Assembly (NCBI GenBank): GCA_036560705.1
Contig: DATBQR010000054.1
Coordinates: forward strand, 9,711 to 73,710
From: Burkholderiales bacterium
Lineage (GTDB): Bacteria; Pseudomonadota; Gammaproteobacteria; Burkholderiales; SG8-39
DNA: 64,000 nt
Direction of reading: 5' to 3'
Shown here: piece after piece, positions 21,409-31,614 of the stretch
Layout: each line of letters starts with the position of its first letter
How positions within the stretch are numbered: position 1 is the first letter of the stretch
The notes under the pieces: model-generated
What the model was told of the DNA's origin: nothing
The model's input: only the letters and a program-made list of their open reading frames with translations
Database searches by the model: none
Made by a program: the position numbers and the translations under genes

Positions 21409-21759
21409 TCAGCGTGTCCTGGCTTTTTTGCGGGTCTTCACCCGCGGCACCTCGCAGACAGGCGCGCACGCCGCGCCGCTGCCGCAGCAGTTGTCGGTGA
21501 GAAAACCGACCAGAGTGTTCATTGCGTCGAAGTCGGCAGAGTAAATGAGAGAAGTCCCCTCCCGGCGGCGGACCACGAGCCCGGCGTGCTTGAGCTGCGA
21601 CAAATGGAATGAAAGCGTCGGGGCCGGGAATTTCATTTCCCTACCGATCCGGCCGGCGGACAAACCCTCAGGGCCGGCCTGAACGAGAAGACGGAAGATC
21701 CCGAGCCTCGATTCCTGGGCCATGACTCCCAGGATGGCCACGGCATGCTTAGATTCCAT
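21409..21759 (-). CDS. arsR: ArsR/SmtB-family metalloregulator
   Basis: Winged HTH (ESRLGIFRLL, PTLSFHLSQLKHAGLV) with a Cys-rich C-terminus (NCCGSGAACAPVC). The start is set at the internal ATG (MESKHAV); the track start at 21795 is the alternative. Confidence 0.8.
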   Translation of the reverse strand: MESKHAVAILGVMAQESRLGIFRLLVQAGPEGLSAGRIGREMKFPAPTLSFHLSQLKHAGLVVRRREGTSLIYSADFDAMNTLVGFLTDNCCGSGAACAPVCEVPRVKTRKKARTR

Positions 21760-21779
21760 ATTTCCAATGTTATGGAAAT
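21760..21779. promoter_or_regulatory. perfect 7-6-7 palindrome ATTTCCA-N6-TGGAAAT, candidate ArsR operator
   Basis: An AT-rich perfect inverted repeat immediately 5' of the preferred arsR ATG, in GC-rich surroundings. ArsR-family repressors autoregulate through such dyads. Confidence 0.35.
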
Positions 21780-21979
21780 AGTCGCCGGCGGTCAATGCCT
21801 ATGGCGGAGCCGGGCTCGTTTCGCGCCTGGGGTAGAGTGGCGGGCCTCTGCGTTCCAAAAAGCGCGATATGGCCCTGCGATTTCTTCTACTTGTGTTGCC
21901 GGGCATCTGCTGCTCGGCGCCCGCCGTTGCCCAGCACCATGCCCCCCCTACGCCGGGAAGAATCACGGCGGCTAAGCCG

Positions 21980-22792
21980 CTACTTCTTCGCGTTTGGAAA
22001 AAAGAGTTGCTCGCCGCCGATCTTGTACTCGGCGATCGTTTTCTGGCCCTCCGGCGAGATCACCCAGTCGACGAAAGCCTGGCCCATCTCCTTCTTCACC
22101 AGCGGATGCTTGGCCGGATTCACCAGCATCACGCCGTACTGGTTGAACAGGCGCTGGTCGCCCTCCACTGAAATCACCAGGTCGGCGCGGTTCTTGAACG
22201 ACAGCCATGTGCCGCGGTCGGACAGGATGTAGGCGTTCATGCCGGCTGCGCTGTTCAACGCCGGCCCCATGCCCTGGCCGGTGTCGCGGTACCACGGCCC
22301 CCCGTCTTTCGCGATGTCGATGCCGGCGAGTTTCCACAATTCGAGTTCGGCGAAGTGGGTGCCGCTCTTGTCGCCGCGCGACACGAACGGCGCCTGCGCC
22401 GCCTTGATCTTCTGGAACGCCGCGACGATATCCCGGGTGCCGGCGACCTTGGCCGGATCGGATTTCGGCCCGACCAGCACGAAGTCGTTGTACATCACGT
22501 CGAAGCGCTGCACGCCGAAGCCTTCAGCGAGGAACTTCTCCTCGAGCGGCTTGGCGTGCACGAACACTACGTCCGCGTCGCCGCGCCGGCCGATGTCGAG
22601 CGCCTGGCCGGTGCCCACCGCGACCACGTGCACCTTGATCCCCGTCTTCGCCTCGAACACCGGCAGCAGGTGCTTGAACAGCCCCGACTGCTCGGTCGAC
22701 GTCGTGGAAGCCACGGTGATGAAGCGCTCCTGCGCGCCAATCGAAAAGGAAAAACACAGGCAAAGCGCCAGAAGAAGTCTCGTCAAACCCAC
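21980..22792 (-). CDS. tupA: tungstate ABC transporter substrate-binding protein TupA-type
   Basis: 270 aa with a signal peptide and the TupA-type anion-binding motif region VASTTSTEQSGL, plus SRGDKSGTH. Confidence 0.8.
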   Translation of the reverse strand: MGLTRLLLALCLCFSFSIGAQERFITVASTTSTEQSGLFKHLLPVFEAKTGIKVHVVAVGTGQALDIGRRGDADVVFVHAKPLEEKFLAEGFGVQRFDVMYNDFVLVGPKSDPAKVAGTRDIVAAFQKIKAAQAPFVSRGDKSGTHFAELELWKLAGIDIAKDGGPWYRDTGQGMGPALNSAAGMNAYILSDRGTWLSFKNRADLVISVEGDQRLFNQYGVMLVNPAKHPLVKKEMGQAFVDWVISPEGQKTIAEYKIGGEQLFFPNAKK

Positions 22793-23496
22793 GGCAGTTC
22801 TCCTTTGATGAAGGCCGCGGCTTCCGCCGTGGCCGGCTGCTTGAAGAATTCGTCGACGGGCGCGCGTTCCAGCACGCGTCCCTGGTGCAGGTAGATTACC
22901 TCGTCCCCCAGGCGCCGCGCCTGCCCGAGGTTGTGCGTCGCCATGACGATCTTGGTGCCGGAGGCGTCGAAGGCCTTGATCACGGTCTCGATCTCCCGCG
23001 TGGCGCTCGGGTCCAGGCTCGCCGTCGGTTCATCGAGGAACAATACCTCGGGATGCAGCGCCCAGGCGCGCGCCAGCGCGAGGCGCTGCTGCTCTCCCCC
23101 GGAAAGCACCCTGGCGGGCCGCTCCGCCAGATGCGACAGGCCCACTTCCCGCAGAGCTTCGTCGGCGCGGCGCTCGCGCTCTTTCCCGGCCACTCCGACC
23201 GCCTGCAGCGCGAAGATCACGTTGGCACGCGCCGAGCGGCGCAGCATCACCGGGCGCTGGAAAACCATCGCCTGCTGCCTGCGCACGCGCCCCCGGTCGC
23301 CGTCGTTCCATGCGACAAGTCCCGCCGTGGGCGCAAGCAGGCCGTGCATCAGACGCATCAGCACGCTTTTGCCGGCGCCGTTCGCCCCCAGGATCACCGT
23401 GTTCGGACCGGCGCCGATCTCTAGCGACAACGGCGCGACGATCTCGCGGCCGCCCGCGGCGAACGACACCCGATCCAGCCTGAGCGGAAGAATCAC
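22783..23496 (-). CDS. tupC: ABC transporter ATP-binding protein (TupC-type)
   Basis: Walker A GANGAGKS, signature LSGGEQQR and Walker B LFLDEP. The GTG start overlaps the tupB stop (GTGA). The upstream part of track ORF 22783..24240 is off-frame tupB sequence. Confidence 0.8.
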   Translation of the reverse strand: MILPLRLDRVSFAAGGREIVAPLSLEIGAGPNTVILGANGAGKSVLMRLMHGLLAPTAGLVAWNDGDRGRVRRQQAMVFQRPVMLRRSARANVIFALQAVGVAGKERERRADEALREVGLSHLAERPARVLSGGEQQRLALARAWALHPEVLFLDEPTASLDPSATREIETVIKAFDASGTKIVMATHNLGQARRLGDEVIYLHQGRVLERAPVDEFFKQPATAEAAAFIKGELPWV

Positions 23497-24176
23497 CCGT
23501 ACCTCCGCTGCGCCGCTTGCTTCACCACGTCCGCCGCCGCATTGAGCGCCAGCACGAGCACGATCAGCACGATGCCGAGGCCGAGCGCGAGCGGCAGGTC
23601 GCCTTTCGACGTTTCCAGCGCGATGGTGGTCGTCATCACGCGCGTGACGCCGTCGATGTTGCCGCCGACGATCATCACAGCGCCGACCTCCGCGGAGGCG
23701 CGTCCCAATCCCGCGAGAACCGCGGTGAACAGCGAAAAGCGGATGTCCCAGACCAGAGTCAACGCCGCGGCCATGCCGTCCACGCCGAGCGAGCGCAGCT
23801 GCTCCCCGTATTCGCGCCAGGCGTCTTCCACCGCCTGGCGGCAAAGCGCGGCGATGATCGGCAGGATGAGAATCGTCTGCGCGATCACCATCGCGCCCGG
23901 CGTGAACAGCAGCCCGAGCTTGCCCAACGGCCCGGCGCGCGACAGGAGGAGATAGACCACGAGGCCGACCACCACCGGTGGCAACCCCATCAGTGCGTTC
24001 AGCAGCACGACGAGCGCGTGCCGGCCCGGAAAGCGCGCCACCGCCAGCGCCGCGCCCAGCGGCAGCGCGAGCAGCGTGGCGAGGAACACCGCGCTCAGAC
24101 TCACCTCGAGGCTGAGCGCGACGATATCGAGCAGCTTGCCGTCGAGCGATCCGATCAGAGCGAATGCGCCACGCAA
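23493..24176 (-). CDS. tupB: ABC transporter permease (TupB-type)
   Basis: 227-aa hydrophobic ORF of the binding-protein-dependent permease type. TTG start. Confidence 0.8.
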   Translation of the reverse strand: MRGAFALIGSLDGKLLDIVALSLEVSLSAVFLATLLALPLGAALAVARFPGRHALVVLLNALMGLPPVVVGLVVYLLLSRAGPLGKLGLLFTPGAMVIAQTILILPIIAALCRQAVEDAWREYGEQLRSLGVDGMAAALTLVWDIRFSLFTAVLAGLGRASAEVGAVMIVGGNIDGVTRVMTTTIALETSKGDLPLALGLGIVLIVLVLALNAAADVVKQAAQRRYG

Positions 24177-24230
24177 GGCTTCCGTGATGGCGTTCAGGAT
24201 TCCCTCCTGGAATGTGCCGCCTCATAATAT

Positions 24231-24617
24231 ATGAAGCCAATCCAGGATTTATCCGTCCAGACCATGCGCTACGGCAACAAAACCCTCGGTCCGCGCTTGC
24301 GCCTCACGCTGCGCAAGGGCGTTGCTTTCGGCCCCGGCAAAGCGGATCTGCTGGAAGGCATCCGCGACACGGGGTCGATCGCCGCCGCCGGCCGGCACAT
24401 GAAGATGAGCTACACGCGCGCCTGGGGCCTGGTGAGCGAAATGAACGCGGAATTCCGCGCGCCGCTGGTCGAATCCACCAAGGGCGGGGCCGTGCGCGGG
24501 GGCGCCACCCTGACGCCGCTCGGCGAGGACGTGCTGAAGAGGTACCGGCGCATGGAACGCGGGGCGGCGCGTGCCGTCGCCGTCGATCTCGCCGCGCTGA
24601 AGGAAAAGCTGGCCTAG
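24231..24617 (+). CDS. ModE-like N-terminal HTH regulator (no Mop/TOBE domains)
   Basis: 128 aa with the ModE N-domain pattern (GPGKADLLEGIRDTGSIAAAGRHMKMSYTRAW). It ends before any molybdate-binding di-Mop domain. Confidence 0.7.
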   Translation: MKPIQDLSVQTMRYGNKTLGPRLRLTLRKGVAFGPGKADLLEGIRDTGSIAAAGRHMKMSYTRAWGLVSEMNAEFRAPLVESTKGGAVRGGATLTPLGEDVLKRYRRMERGAARAVAVDLAALKEKLA

Positions 24618-24645
24618 AAAGCGGGTTGCCGCCAGCGCGGTTGTT

Positions 24646-24669
24646 CGATATAGTTAATTGAATATATCG
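24646..24669. promoter_or_regulatory. candidate ModE-type operator upstream of modA
   Basis: CGATATA-N10-TATATCG inverted repeat in an AT-rich patch about 25 nt upstream of the modA ATG. It resembles the TATAT-containing dyads bound by ModE. Confidence 0.5.
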
Positions 24670-24692
24670 GAAATCGAGAGGGTTTCACACCG

Positions 24693-25457
24693 ATGAACGC
24701 CCGCAATTTCTTGGTCGCAACCAGCCTCTTAACTGCAACGTTGTCGGTGACCGGAACAGCGGCAGCGGACGAGGCGCAGATTGCCGTCGCGGCCAACTTC
24801 GCCGCGCCGGTGAAGCAGATCGCCGAAAAATTTTTCCAATCGACGGCACACAAAGTGTTGATCAGCATCGGTTCGACGGGGAAGTTCTATTCCCAGATCA
24901 GCAACGGCGCGCCTTTCGACGTGTTTCTGTCGGCAGATGACGAAACACCGCTGCGCATGGAACGGGAAAAGCTCGCGATAACGGGCACCCGATTCACCTA
25001 TGCCATCGGGAAGCTCGTGTTGTGGAGTCCAGCGGCGAACTTCGTGGACGGCAACGGCGACGTCCTTAGAAAAGAACCCTTCAAACGCCTCGCCATCGCC
25101 AACCCGAAGCTCGCCCCTTACGGCGCAGCCGCGCAGCAAACGCTGGAAAAGATGGGCATCTGGTCTGCATTGCAGGGCAAACTGGTCCTTGGCGAGAACA
25201 TCGCCCAGACGCTGCAGTTCGTCGCCAGCAGCAACGCGGAACTGGGCTTCGTCGCCTTCTCCCAGATCCAGGAAGGCGGGAAGACACCCGCCGGATCCCA
25301 CTGGCTGGTGCCCCAGTCGCTCTATGATCCCATCCGCCAGGACGCGGCGCTGCTCGCCCACGGCAACAGCAATCAAGCGGCGCGCCTGTTCCTCGAATTC
25401 CTTCGCAGCCCTCAAGCCCGGGAGATTATCCGCACGTACGGTTACGACTTGCCGTAA
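24693..25457 (+). CDS. modA: molybdate ABC transporter substrate-binding protein
   Basis: 254 aa with a signal peptide and ModA-like sequence ([26 protein letters not shown]). Confidence 0.9.
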   Translation: MNARNFLVATSLLTATLSVTGTAAADEAQIAVAANFAAPVKQIAEKFFQSTAHKVLISIGSTGKFYSQISNGAPFDVFLSADDETPLRMEREKLAITGTRFTYAIGKLVLWSPAANFVDGNGDVLRKEPFKRLAIANPKLAPYGAAAQQTLEKMGIWSALQGKLVLGENIAQTLQFVASSNAELGFVAFSQIQEGGKTPAGSHWLVPQSLYDPIRQDAALLAHGNSNQAARLFLEFLRSPQAREIIRTYGYDLP

Positions 25458-25467
25458 CCTTCCGGTC

Positions 25468-26148
25468 ATGGTCCTCGGCGCGCATGACGTTGCCGCCATC
25501 TGGTTGACGCTGCGGCTCGCCACGACGGCTACCGCGCTGCTGCTCCTCTTCGGCACGCCGCTGGCGTGGTGGCTGGCGCGAACGCGCTCGTGGTTGAGAG
25601 GCCCCGTCGGCGCTCTCGTGGCGCTCCCCATCGTGCTGCCCCCGACGGTGCTCGGGTTCTATCTTCTCGTAATGCTGGGACCGGCCGGTCCGGTTGGCGC
25701 GACCATGCGGGCGCTCGGGCTTGACCTGCTGCCGTTTACCTTCGCCGGCCTCGTCATCGCCTCGGTGCTTTATTCAATACCGTTCGTCGTGCAGCCTCTG
25801 CAGTCGGCGTTCGAAGCGATCGGCGACCGTCCGATGGAGGCTGCCGCCACGCTGCGCGCTAGCCCCCTGGATCGTTTCTTCACCGTGGTCCTGCCGCTCG
25901 CGCGGCCGGGAATTCTCAGCGCCATCATCCTCGGCTTCGCGCATACCCTGGGCGAGTTCGGCGTCGTCCTGATGATCGGCGGAAACATTCCGGGCCAGAC
26001 AAAGGTCCTCTCGGTCGCACTGTACGATCATGTCGAGGCTCTGGAGTACGCGCCGGCGCACTGGATTGCCGGCGGCATGCTGCTGTTCTCCTTCGCGGTG
26101 CTCCTGCTCGTGTACGGCTGGGGCCGCGGCCCGCGGGTGGAGCTATGA
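25468..26148 (+). CDS. modB: molybdate ABC transporter permease
   Basis: The internal ATG gives a 226-aa permease ([30 protein letters not shown]). Confidence 0.9.
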   Translation: MVLGAHDVAAIWLTLRLATTATALLLLFGTPLAWWLARTRSWLRGPVGALVALPIVLPPTVLGFYLLVMLGPAGPVGATMRALGLDLLPFTFAGLVIASVLYSIPFVVQPLQSAFEAIGDRPMEAAATLRASPLDRFFTVVLPLARPGILSAIILGFAHTLGEFGVVLMIGGNIPGQTKVLSVALYDHVEALEYAPAHWIAGGMLLFSFAVLLLVYGWGRGPRVEL

Positions 26149-27215
26149 GCGGTTTGCTTGCCCGGCTGAGGTTGCCGCGCAAGGAATTCACGCTCGACGT
26201 GGACCAGCAGATGCCCGGCCAGGGGATTACGGCTCTGTTCGGCGCTTCGGGATCCGGCAAGACAACCCTGCTTCGATGCATTGCGGGCCTCGAACGGGCT
26301 TCGCAAGGCGTCGTTTCGTTCGACGACGAACGCTGGCAGGACGAGTCGGCGCGCATCTTCGTGCCGCCGCACCGGCGTGCCTGTGGCTACGTTTTCCAGG
26401 AGGCGAGCCTCTTTCCGCACCTGTCGGTTCGTCGCAATCTGGAGTACGGAGAGAAGCGCGTACCTGCCGGGCAAAAGCGCCAAGCTTTCGAGCAGACAGT
26501 TGAACTGCTCGGCATTGCGCCACTGCTTGCCCGGCGTACCGAAAACCTGTCTGGCGGTGAGCGGCAACGCGTTGCGATTGCGCGTGCCTTGCTTACCAGT
26601 CCACGTTTGTTGCTGATGGATGAACCGCTGGCGTCCGTCGACGTGAATCGCAAGGGAGAAATCCTGTACTACATCGAACGGCTGCGAGACGAGCTTCGCC
26701 TGCCGATTGTCTACGTAAGCCATGCGATCGACGAAGTCGTGCGCCTCGCGAACAGAGTAATCGTGCTCGCAAACGGTCGCGTAACCGCCGCAGGCTCAGT
26801 GCAGGACACGATCGGACGGGACCACGGCGGCGCCGTGATCGAAGCGACGGTCGCTGCGCAGGACCTGAAAACGGGCCTCGCGCGCCTCTCCTTCACTGGC
26901 GGCGAACTGCTGGTGGCCGATGTGGATAGCCCAGTGGGCAAAACGCTGCGCGTGCGGCTGCGCGCGCGCGACGTGTCGATCGCGCTGGAACAGCCGCGCA
27001 ACGTCAGCGTGCTCAACTGCCTGGCCGGGCGCATCGTCCAGATCAGCGCCGAACCCGGCTCCAGCGTCGACGTGCGCCTGGATGTCTCCGGCACGCCGGT
27101 CATCGCTCGCATCACGCGCCATTCCGCCGAACGGCTCGGTCTTACGGTCGGCAAGGAGGTCTGGGCGATGGTGAAGGCGGTCTCGCTCGACCGCCACAGC
27201 GTCGGCTATGCTTGA
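26145..27215 (+). CDS. modC: molybdate ABC transporter ATP-binding protein with C-terminal TOBE/Mop domain
   Basis: 356 aa with Walker [18 protein letters not shown] and LLMDEP, plus a C-terminal roughly 120-aa TOBE-like domain. The ATGA overlaps modB. Confidence 0.9.
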   Translation: MSGLLARLRLPRKEFTLDVDQQMPGQGITALFGASGSGKTTLLRCIAGLERASQGVVSFDDERWQDESARIFVPPHRRACGYVFQEASLFPHLSVRRNLEYGEKRVPAGQKRQAFEQTVELLGIAPLLARRTENLSGGERQRVAIARALLTSPRLLLMDEPLASVDVNRKGEILYYIERLRDELRLPIVYVSHAIDEVVRLANRVIVLANGRVTAAGSVQDTIGRDHGGAVIEATVAAQDLKTGLARLSFTGGELLVADVDSPVGKTLRVRLRARDVSIALEQPRNVSVLNCLAGRIVQISAEPGSSVDVRLDVSGTPVIARITRHSAERLGLTVGKEVWAMVKAVSLDRHSVGYA

Positions 27216-27234
27216 CCAATTCCGAGGAGAAACC

Positions 27235-27522
27235 ATGCCCGCCTACGTGATCGCCGAAGTGAACGTGACCGACCCGCAGCTCTACGACGAATACAAGAAG
27301 CTCGTGCCCGCAACCGTGGAGAAGTACGGCGGCCGCTTCGCGGTGCGCGGCGGCACGGTCGAATCCAAGGAAGGCGGCTGGAAGCCCGCGCGCATGGTGG
27401 TGCTGGAATTCCCCTCGATGGAAAAGGCGCGCGCCTGGTACCACTCGCCCGAATACGCGCCGGTACTCGCCATGCGCCTCAAGGCCGGCAGCGCGAAACT
27501 GATCCTCGTCGAAGGCGCCTAG
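27235..27522 (+). CDS. DUF1330-family protein
   Basis: [22 protein letters not shown] and the following sequence are typical of DUF1330. Start is at the internal ATG behind GAGGAGA. Confidence 0.75.
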   Translation: MPAYVIAEVNVTDPQLYDEYKKLVPATVEKYGGRFAVRGGTVESKEGGWKPARMVVLEFPSMEKARAWYHSPEYAPVLAMRLKAGSAKLILVEGA

Positions 27523-27608
27523 GCTCTTGTTTTTGCAGGTTTAGCGGCCATCTTCCCGGCAGAGGGAGGGGTCTTTCGCGCGCCCCCTCCTGTATCATCG
27601 CTAAACCC

Positions 27609-28694
<1,086 letters not shown>

Positions 28695-28701
28695 GGCAAA
28701 G

Positions 28702-29532
28702 ATGCGCCGCCCGCTGCTGACGAACGCCGCCCGGCCCGCCACTTTCGAAGTCGAGGCCACCAACGAGCGCGGCGAAATGGTGCCGACCTCGATCGCCGGC
28801 GAGCATCCGCTCACGCTTTACCTCGACAAGCGGGAGCTCGTCACGCTGATGACGCTCGGCCACGCGCCCGAGGCGCTCGCCATCGGCTTCCTGCGCAACC
28901 AGCGCCTCGTCGCCGGGATCGAGGACATCGATGCCGTGCAGGTGGACTGGGAGACGGACTCCGTCGCCGTCACCACCAACAAGAAATCCGATATCGAAAA
29001 AAAGACCGGCAAGAAAACCGTCACCACCGGCTGCGGCCAGGGCACGGTGTACGGCGATCTCATGGAAGAGATCGACAGCGTCAGGCTGCGCGACGACGTG
29101 GCGCTCGAGGACGCGCAGCTTTTCGTGCTGCTGGAGAAGGTGCGCAGGCACGAAACCATCTACAAGCAGGCCGGCGCGGTGCACGGCTGCGCCCTCGCCA
29201 CGCGCGGGGGCGAGATCCTGATGTTCGTCGAGGATGTCGGCCGGCACAACGCGGTGGACGCCATCGCCGGCTTCATGTGGCTGGACGACATCGACGGTTC
29301 CGACAAGGTCTTCTACACCACCGGCAGGCTCACCTCGGAAATGGTGATCAAATGCGCGCAGATGCGCATCCCGTTCCTGGTGTCGCGCTCGGGGCTGACG
29401 AACATGGGGCACCAGATCGCCGGGCGGGTCGGATTGACGATGATCGGGCGTGCCAGCGGCAGGCATTACCTGGCGTTCACCGGCAAGCAGCGGCTGAAGC
29501 TCACGGCGCCGCAACCGACGGCAATTGTCTAG
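28702..29532 (+). CDS. fdhD: formate dehydrogenase accessory sulfurtransferase FdhD
   Basis: FdhD motifs are present (TTGCGQG, GAVHGCALA, DVGRHNAVD). ATG lies behind GAGG. The track TTG at 28684 is the alternative start. Confidence 0.85.
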   Translation: MRRPLLTNAARPATFEVEATNERGEMVPTSIAGEHPLTLYLDKRELVTLMTLGHAPEALAIGFLRNQRLVAGIEDIDAVQVDWETDSVAVTTNKKSDIEKKTGKKTVTTGCGQGTVYGDLMEEIDSVRLRDDVALEDAQLFVLLEKVRRHETIYKQAGAVHGCALATRGGEILMFVEDVGRHNAVDAIAGFMWLDDIDGSDKVFYTTGRLTSEMVIKCAQMRIPFLVSRSGLTNMGHQIAGRVGLTMIGRASGRHYLAFTGKQRLKLTAPQPTAIV

Positions 29533-29567
29533 GGTAATTTCTCGTATTTTCGAACAGAGGAAACAAG

Positions 29568-30671
29568 ATGGATAGACGCTCATTTCTGCAAACAAGCGCG
29601 GCCGCCGCCGCGCTGCCCGTACTTTCCGCAATGCCGCGCATTTCGTTCGCGCAGCAGCTGCCGTTCAATCCGGTCATCGGCGAGTGGCGCACGTTCGAGG
29701 TCACCACGCGGGTGGAAATCCTCTTTCCCGCGGGCGTGAGCCGCGCCTGGGTACCCGTGCCCTCGGTCGACAGGAACTACCAGAAGCTGCTCGGCAACAG
29801 CTGGTCCGGCAACGCCGCCGCCCGGCTCGCCAGCGACGGCAAGTACGGCGCCCTGATGGTCGCCGCCGAATGGAGCCCGGCCGAGAAAACGCCGGTGCTC
29901 GAAGTCACCAGCAGGTTCGCCACCGTGAACCGCGCGGTCGATTTCACCAGCCACGATCCGGCGCTGCAGCTGGACGCGGCCGGCGTGCGCTTCCATACCG
30001 CGGCCACCGAGCTGATCCCGACCGACGGAATCGTGCGCGACACCGCGCGCAAGATCGTCAAGGGGAAGAAAACCGAGCTGGAGAAGGCGCGCGCCATCTA
30101 CGAATGGGTCGTCGACAACACCGCCCGCGATCCGCAAGTTCGCGGCTGCGGCACCGGCGACATCAAGACGATGCTGGAGACGGGCAACCTCGGCGGCAAG
30201 TGCGCCGATCTCAACGCCCTCTACGTCGGGCTCGCCCGCTCGGCAGGGCTGCCCGCGCGCGACGTCTACGGCATCCGCGTGGTGAGGAGCGCGTTCGGCT
30301 ACCGCAGCCTGGGCGCCGGCAGCGCCAGCATCACGCGCGCGCAGCACTGCCGAGCCGAGGTGTTCCTCACCGGCTACGGCTGGGTGCCGGTCGATCCCGC
30401 GGACGTGCGCAAGGTCGTTCTCGAGGAAAAGCAGAGCCCGATCACGCTCGCCGACCCGGTGGTGCCGCCGGTGCGCGCGAAACTCTTCGGCGCCTGGGAA
30501 ATGAACTGGCTCGCCTACAACGAGGCGGCCGACGTGAAGCTGCCCGGCTCGAGCGGCGCGCCGGTCGGGTTCCTGATGTACCCGCAGGCCGAGAGCGACG
30601 GCAAGCGGCTGGACAGCCTCGACCCGGAAAATTTCAAGTACACCATCACCGCGCGCGAGATCAAGGCCTAG
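29568..30671 (+). CDS. Tat-exported transglutaminase-like protein
   Basis: Twin-arginine signal MDRRSFLQTSAAAAA, with a transglutaminase core containing Cys (GGKCADLNALY), His (AQHCRAEV) and Asp (WVPVDPAD). Confidence 0.75.
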   Translation: MDRRSFLQTSAAAAALPVLSAMPRISFAQQLPFNPVIGEWRTFEVTTRVEILFPAGVSRAWVPVPSVDRNYQKLLGNSWSGNAAARLASDGKYGALMVAAEWSPAEKTPVLEVTSRFATVNRAVDFTSHDPALQLDAAGVRFHTAATELIPTDGIVRDTARKIVKGKKTELEKARAIYEWVVDNTARDPQVRGCGTGDIKTMLETGNLGGKCADLNALYVGLARSAGLPARDVYGIRVVRSAFGYRSLGAGSASITRAQHCRAEVFLTGYGWVPVDPADVRKVVLEEKQSPITLADPVVPPVRAKLFGAWEMNWLAYNEAADVKLPGSSGAPVGFLMYPQAESDGKRLDSLDPENFKYTITAREIKA

Positions 30672-30684
30672 GAAACAGCCCCGC

Positions 30685-31614
30685 GTGCTGCCGCAGCTGT
30701 CCGCCTCGCAGGCCGCCGCCGCGCCCTGCGAGAGCGTGGCGGACTGGTGGCCGCGCCACCGCGCCATCGCCGCCGGGAACGCCGATCCCATTCACCAGGC
30801 CGTCATCGGCGGCTTCGTCGCCGACCGTGCCGGCTGGGCCTTCGCCTCGGGCTACCAGGCGGCGCTGCGCGCTCTTTTCCCGGACGCCCCCGCCGACCGC
30901 ATCTGCGCGCTCTGCGTCACCGAAGCGGATGGCAATGCGCCGAAGGCCATCAAGAGCTCCTTGAAAAAGGCCGGCGGCGGGTGGCTGTTGAACGGATCCA
31001 AGCGCTGGACCACGCTCGGACCGGACGGCGCGCTTTTTTTCGTCGCGGCGCGCGACGAGGCCGCCTCCGCGCAGAGGCCGGCGATCAGGATCGTGCGGGT
31101 TTCATCCGGCGCTCCCGGATTGAAAATCCAGGTCATGCCGCAGACGAATTTCGTGCCCGAGGTCCCGCACGCGCAGCTGGAGTTCAAAAACCTGGGAATC
31201 GAAGAAACGGAAATTCTTCCCGGCGACGGCTACGACCAGTATGTGAAGCCGTTCCGCACCGTGGAAGACATCCACGTCCAGGCCGCCCTGCTCTCCTACC
31301 TCATGCGCGAGGGGCAGCGCCTGTCGTGGCCGCAGGGCTGGCTGGAGCGCCTGTCCGCGCTGCTGGCCGCGATGGGAAAACTCGCCGACATGCCCCCTGC
31401 GCACGCCGAGACGCACATCGCGCTCGCCGGCGCGCTGGCGATCAGCGGCGGGTTGATCGCTGAAACGGAGCCTTTCTGGGAAGCCGCGGCCGGCGATCCT
31501 GCCGCGGCACGCTGGAAACGCGACCGTGAACTGCTGAAGGTGGCGGGCAGCGCGCGCGAGCAGCGTACCCGGCGCGCCTGGGAAAACCTCAGGCGGCCTG
31601 CGCCTGCCGGTTAG
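30685..31614 (+). CDS. acyl-CoA dehydrogenase-fold protein (middle/C-terminal domains only)
   Basis: 309 aa with a GTG start. The segment WLLNGSKRWTTLG resembles the ACAD middle-domain motif. No clear N-terminal ACAD domain is present. Confidence 0.5.
   Translation: MLPQLSASQAAAAPCESVADWWPRHRAIAAGNADPIHQAVIGGFVADRAGWAFASGYQAALRALFPDAPADRICALCVTEADGNAPKAIKSSLKKAGGGWLLNGSKRWTTLGPDGALFFVAARDEAASAQRPAIRIVRVSSGAPGLKIQVMPQTNFVPEVPHAQLEFKNLGIEETEILPGDGYDQYVKPFRTVEDIHVQAALLSYLMREGQRLSWPQGWLERLSALLAAMGKLADMPPAHAETHIALAGALAISGGLIAETEPFWEAAAGDPAAARWKRDRELLKVAGSAREQRTRRAWENLRRPAPAG

Noticed and set aside
21869-22171. ORF with a signal-peptide-like N-terminus (MALRFLLLVLPGICCSAPAVAQ) in the arsR-tupA gap.
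   Set aside because: Only the first roughly 37 codons lie in intergenic DNA. The rest runs antisense through tupA with a low-complexity translation, and no RBS is evident. It is probably a chance ORF, though a very short secreted peptide cannot be excluded.
24614-24868. 84-aa minus-strand ORF across the modA leader.
   Set aside because: It overlaps the modA signal-peptide region antisense and the AT-rich operator. It has no RBS or family resemblance.
27523-27608. Moco riboswitch in the leader of moaA.
   Set aside because: The gap is only 86 nt, shorter than the known Moco RNA motif. I can see only one hairpin (GGAGGGG-12 nt loop-CCCCTCC, about 27564..27591) without a U-tract. This is better explained as a weak terminator or stabiliser after the DUF1330 gene. 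A covariance-model scan would settle it.
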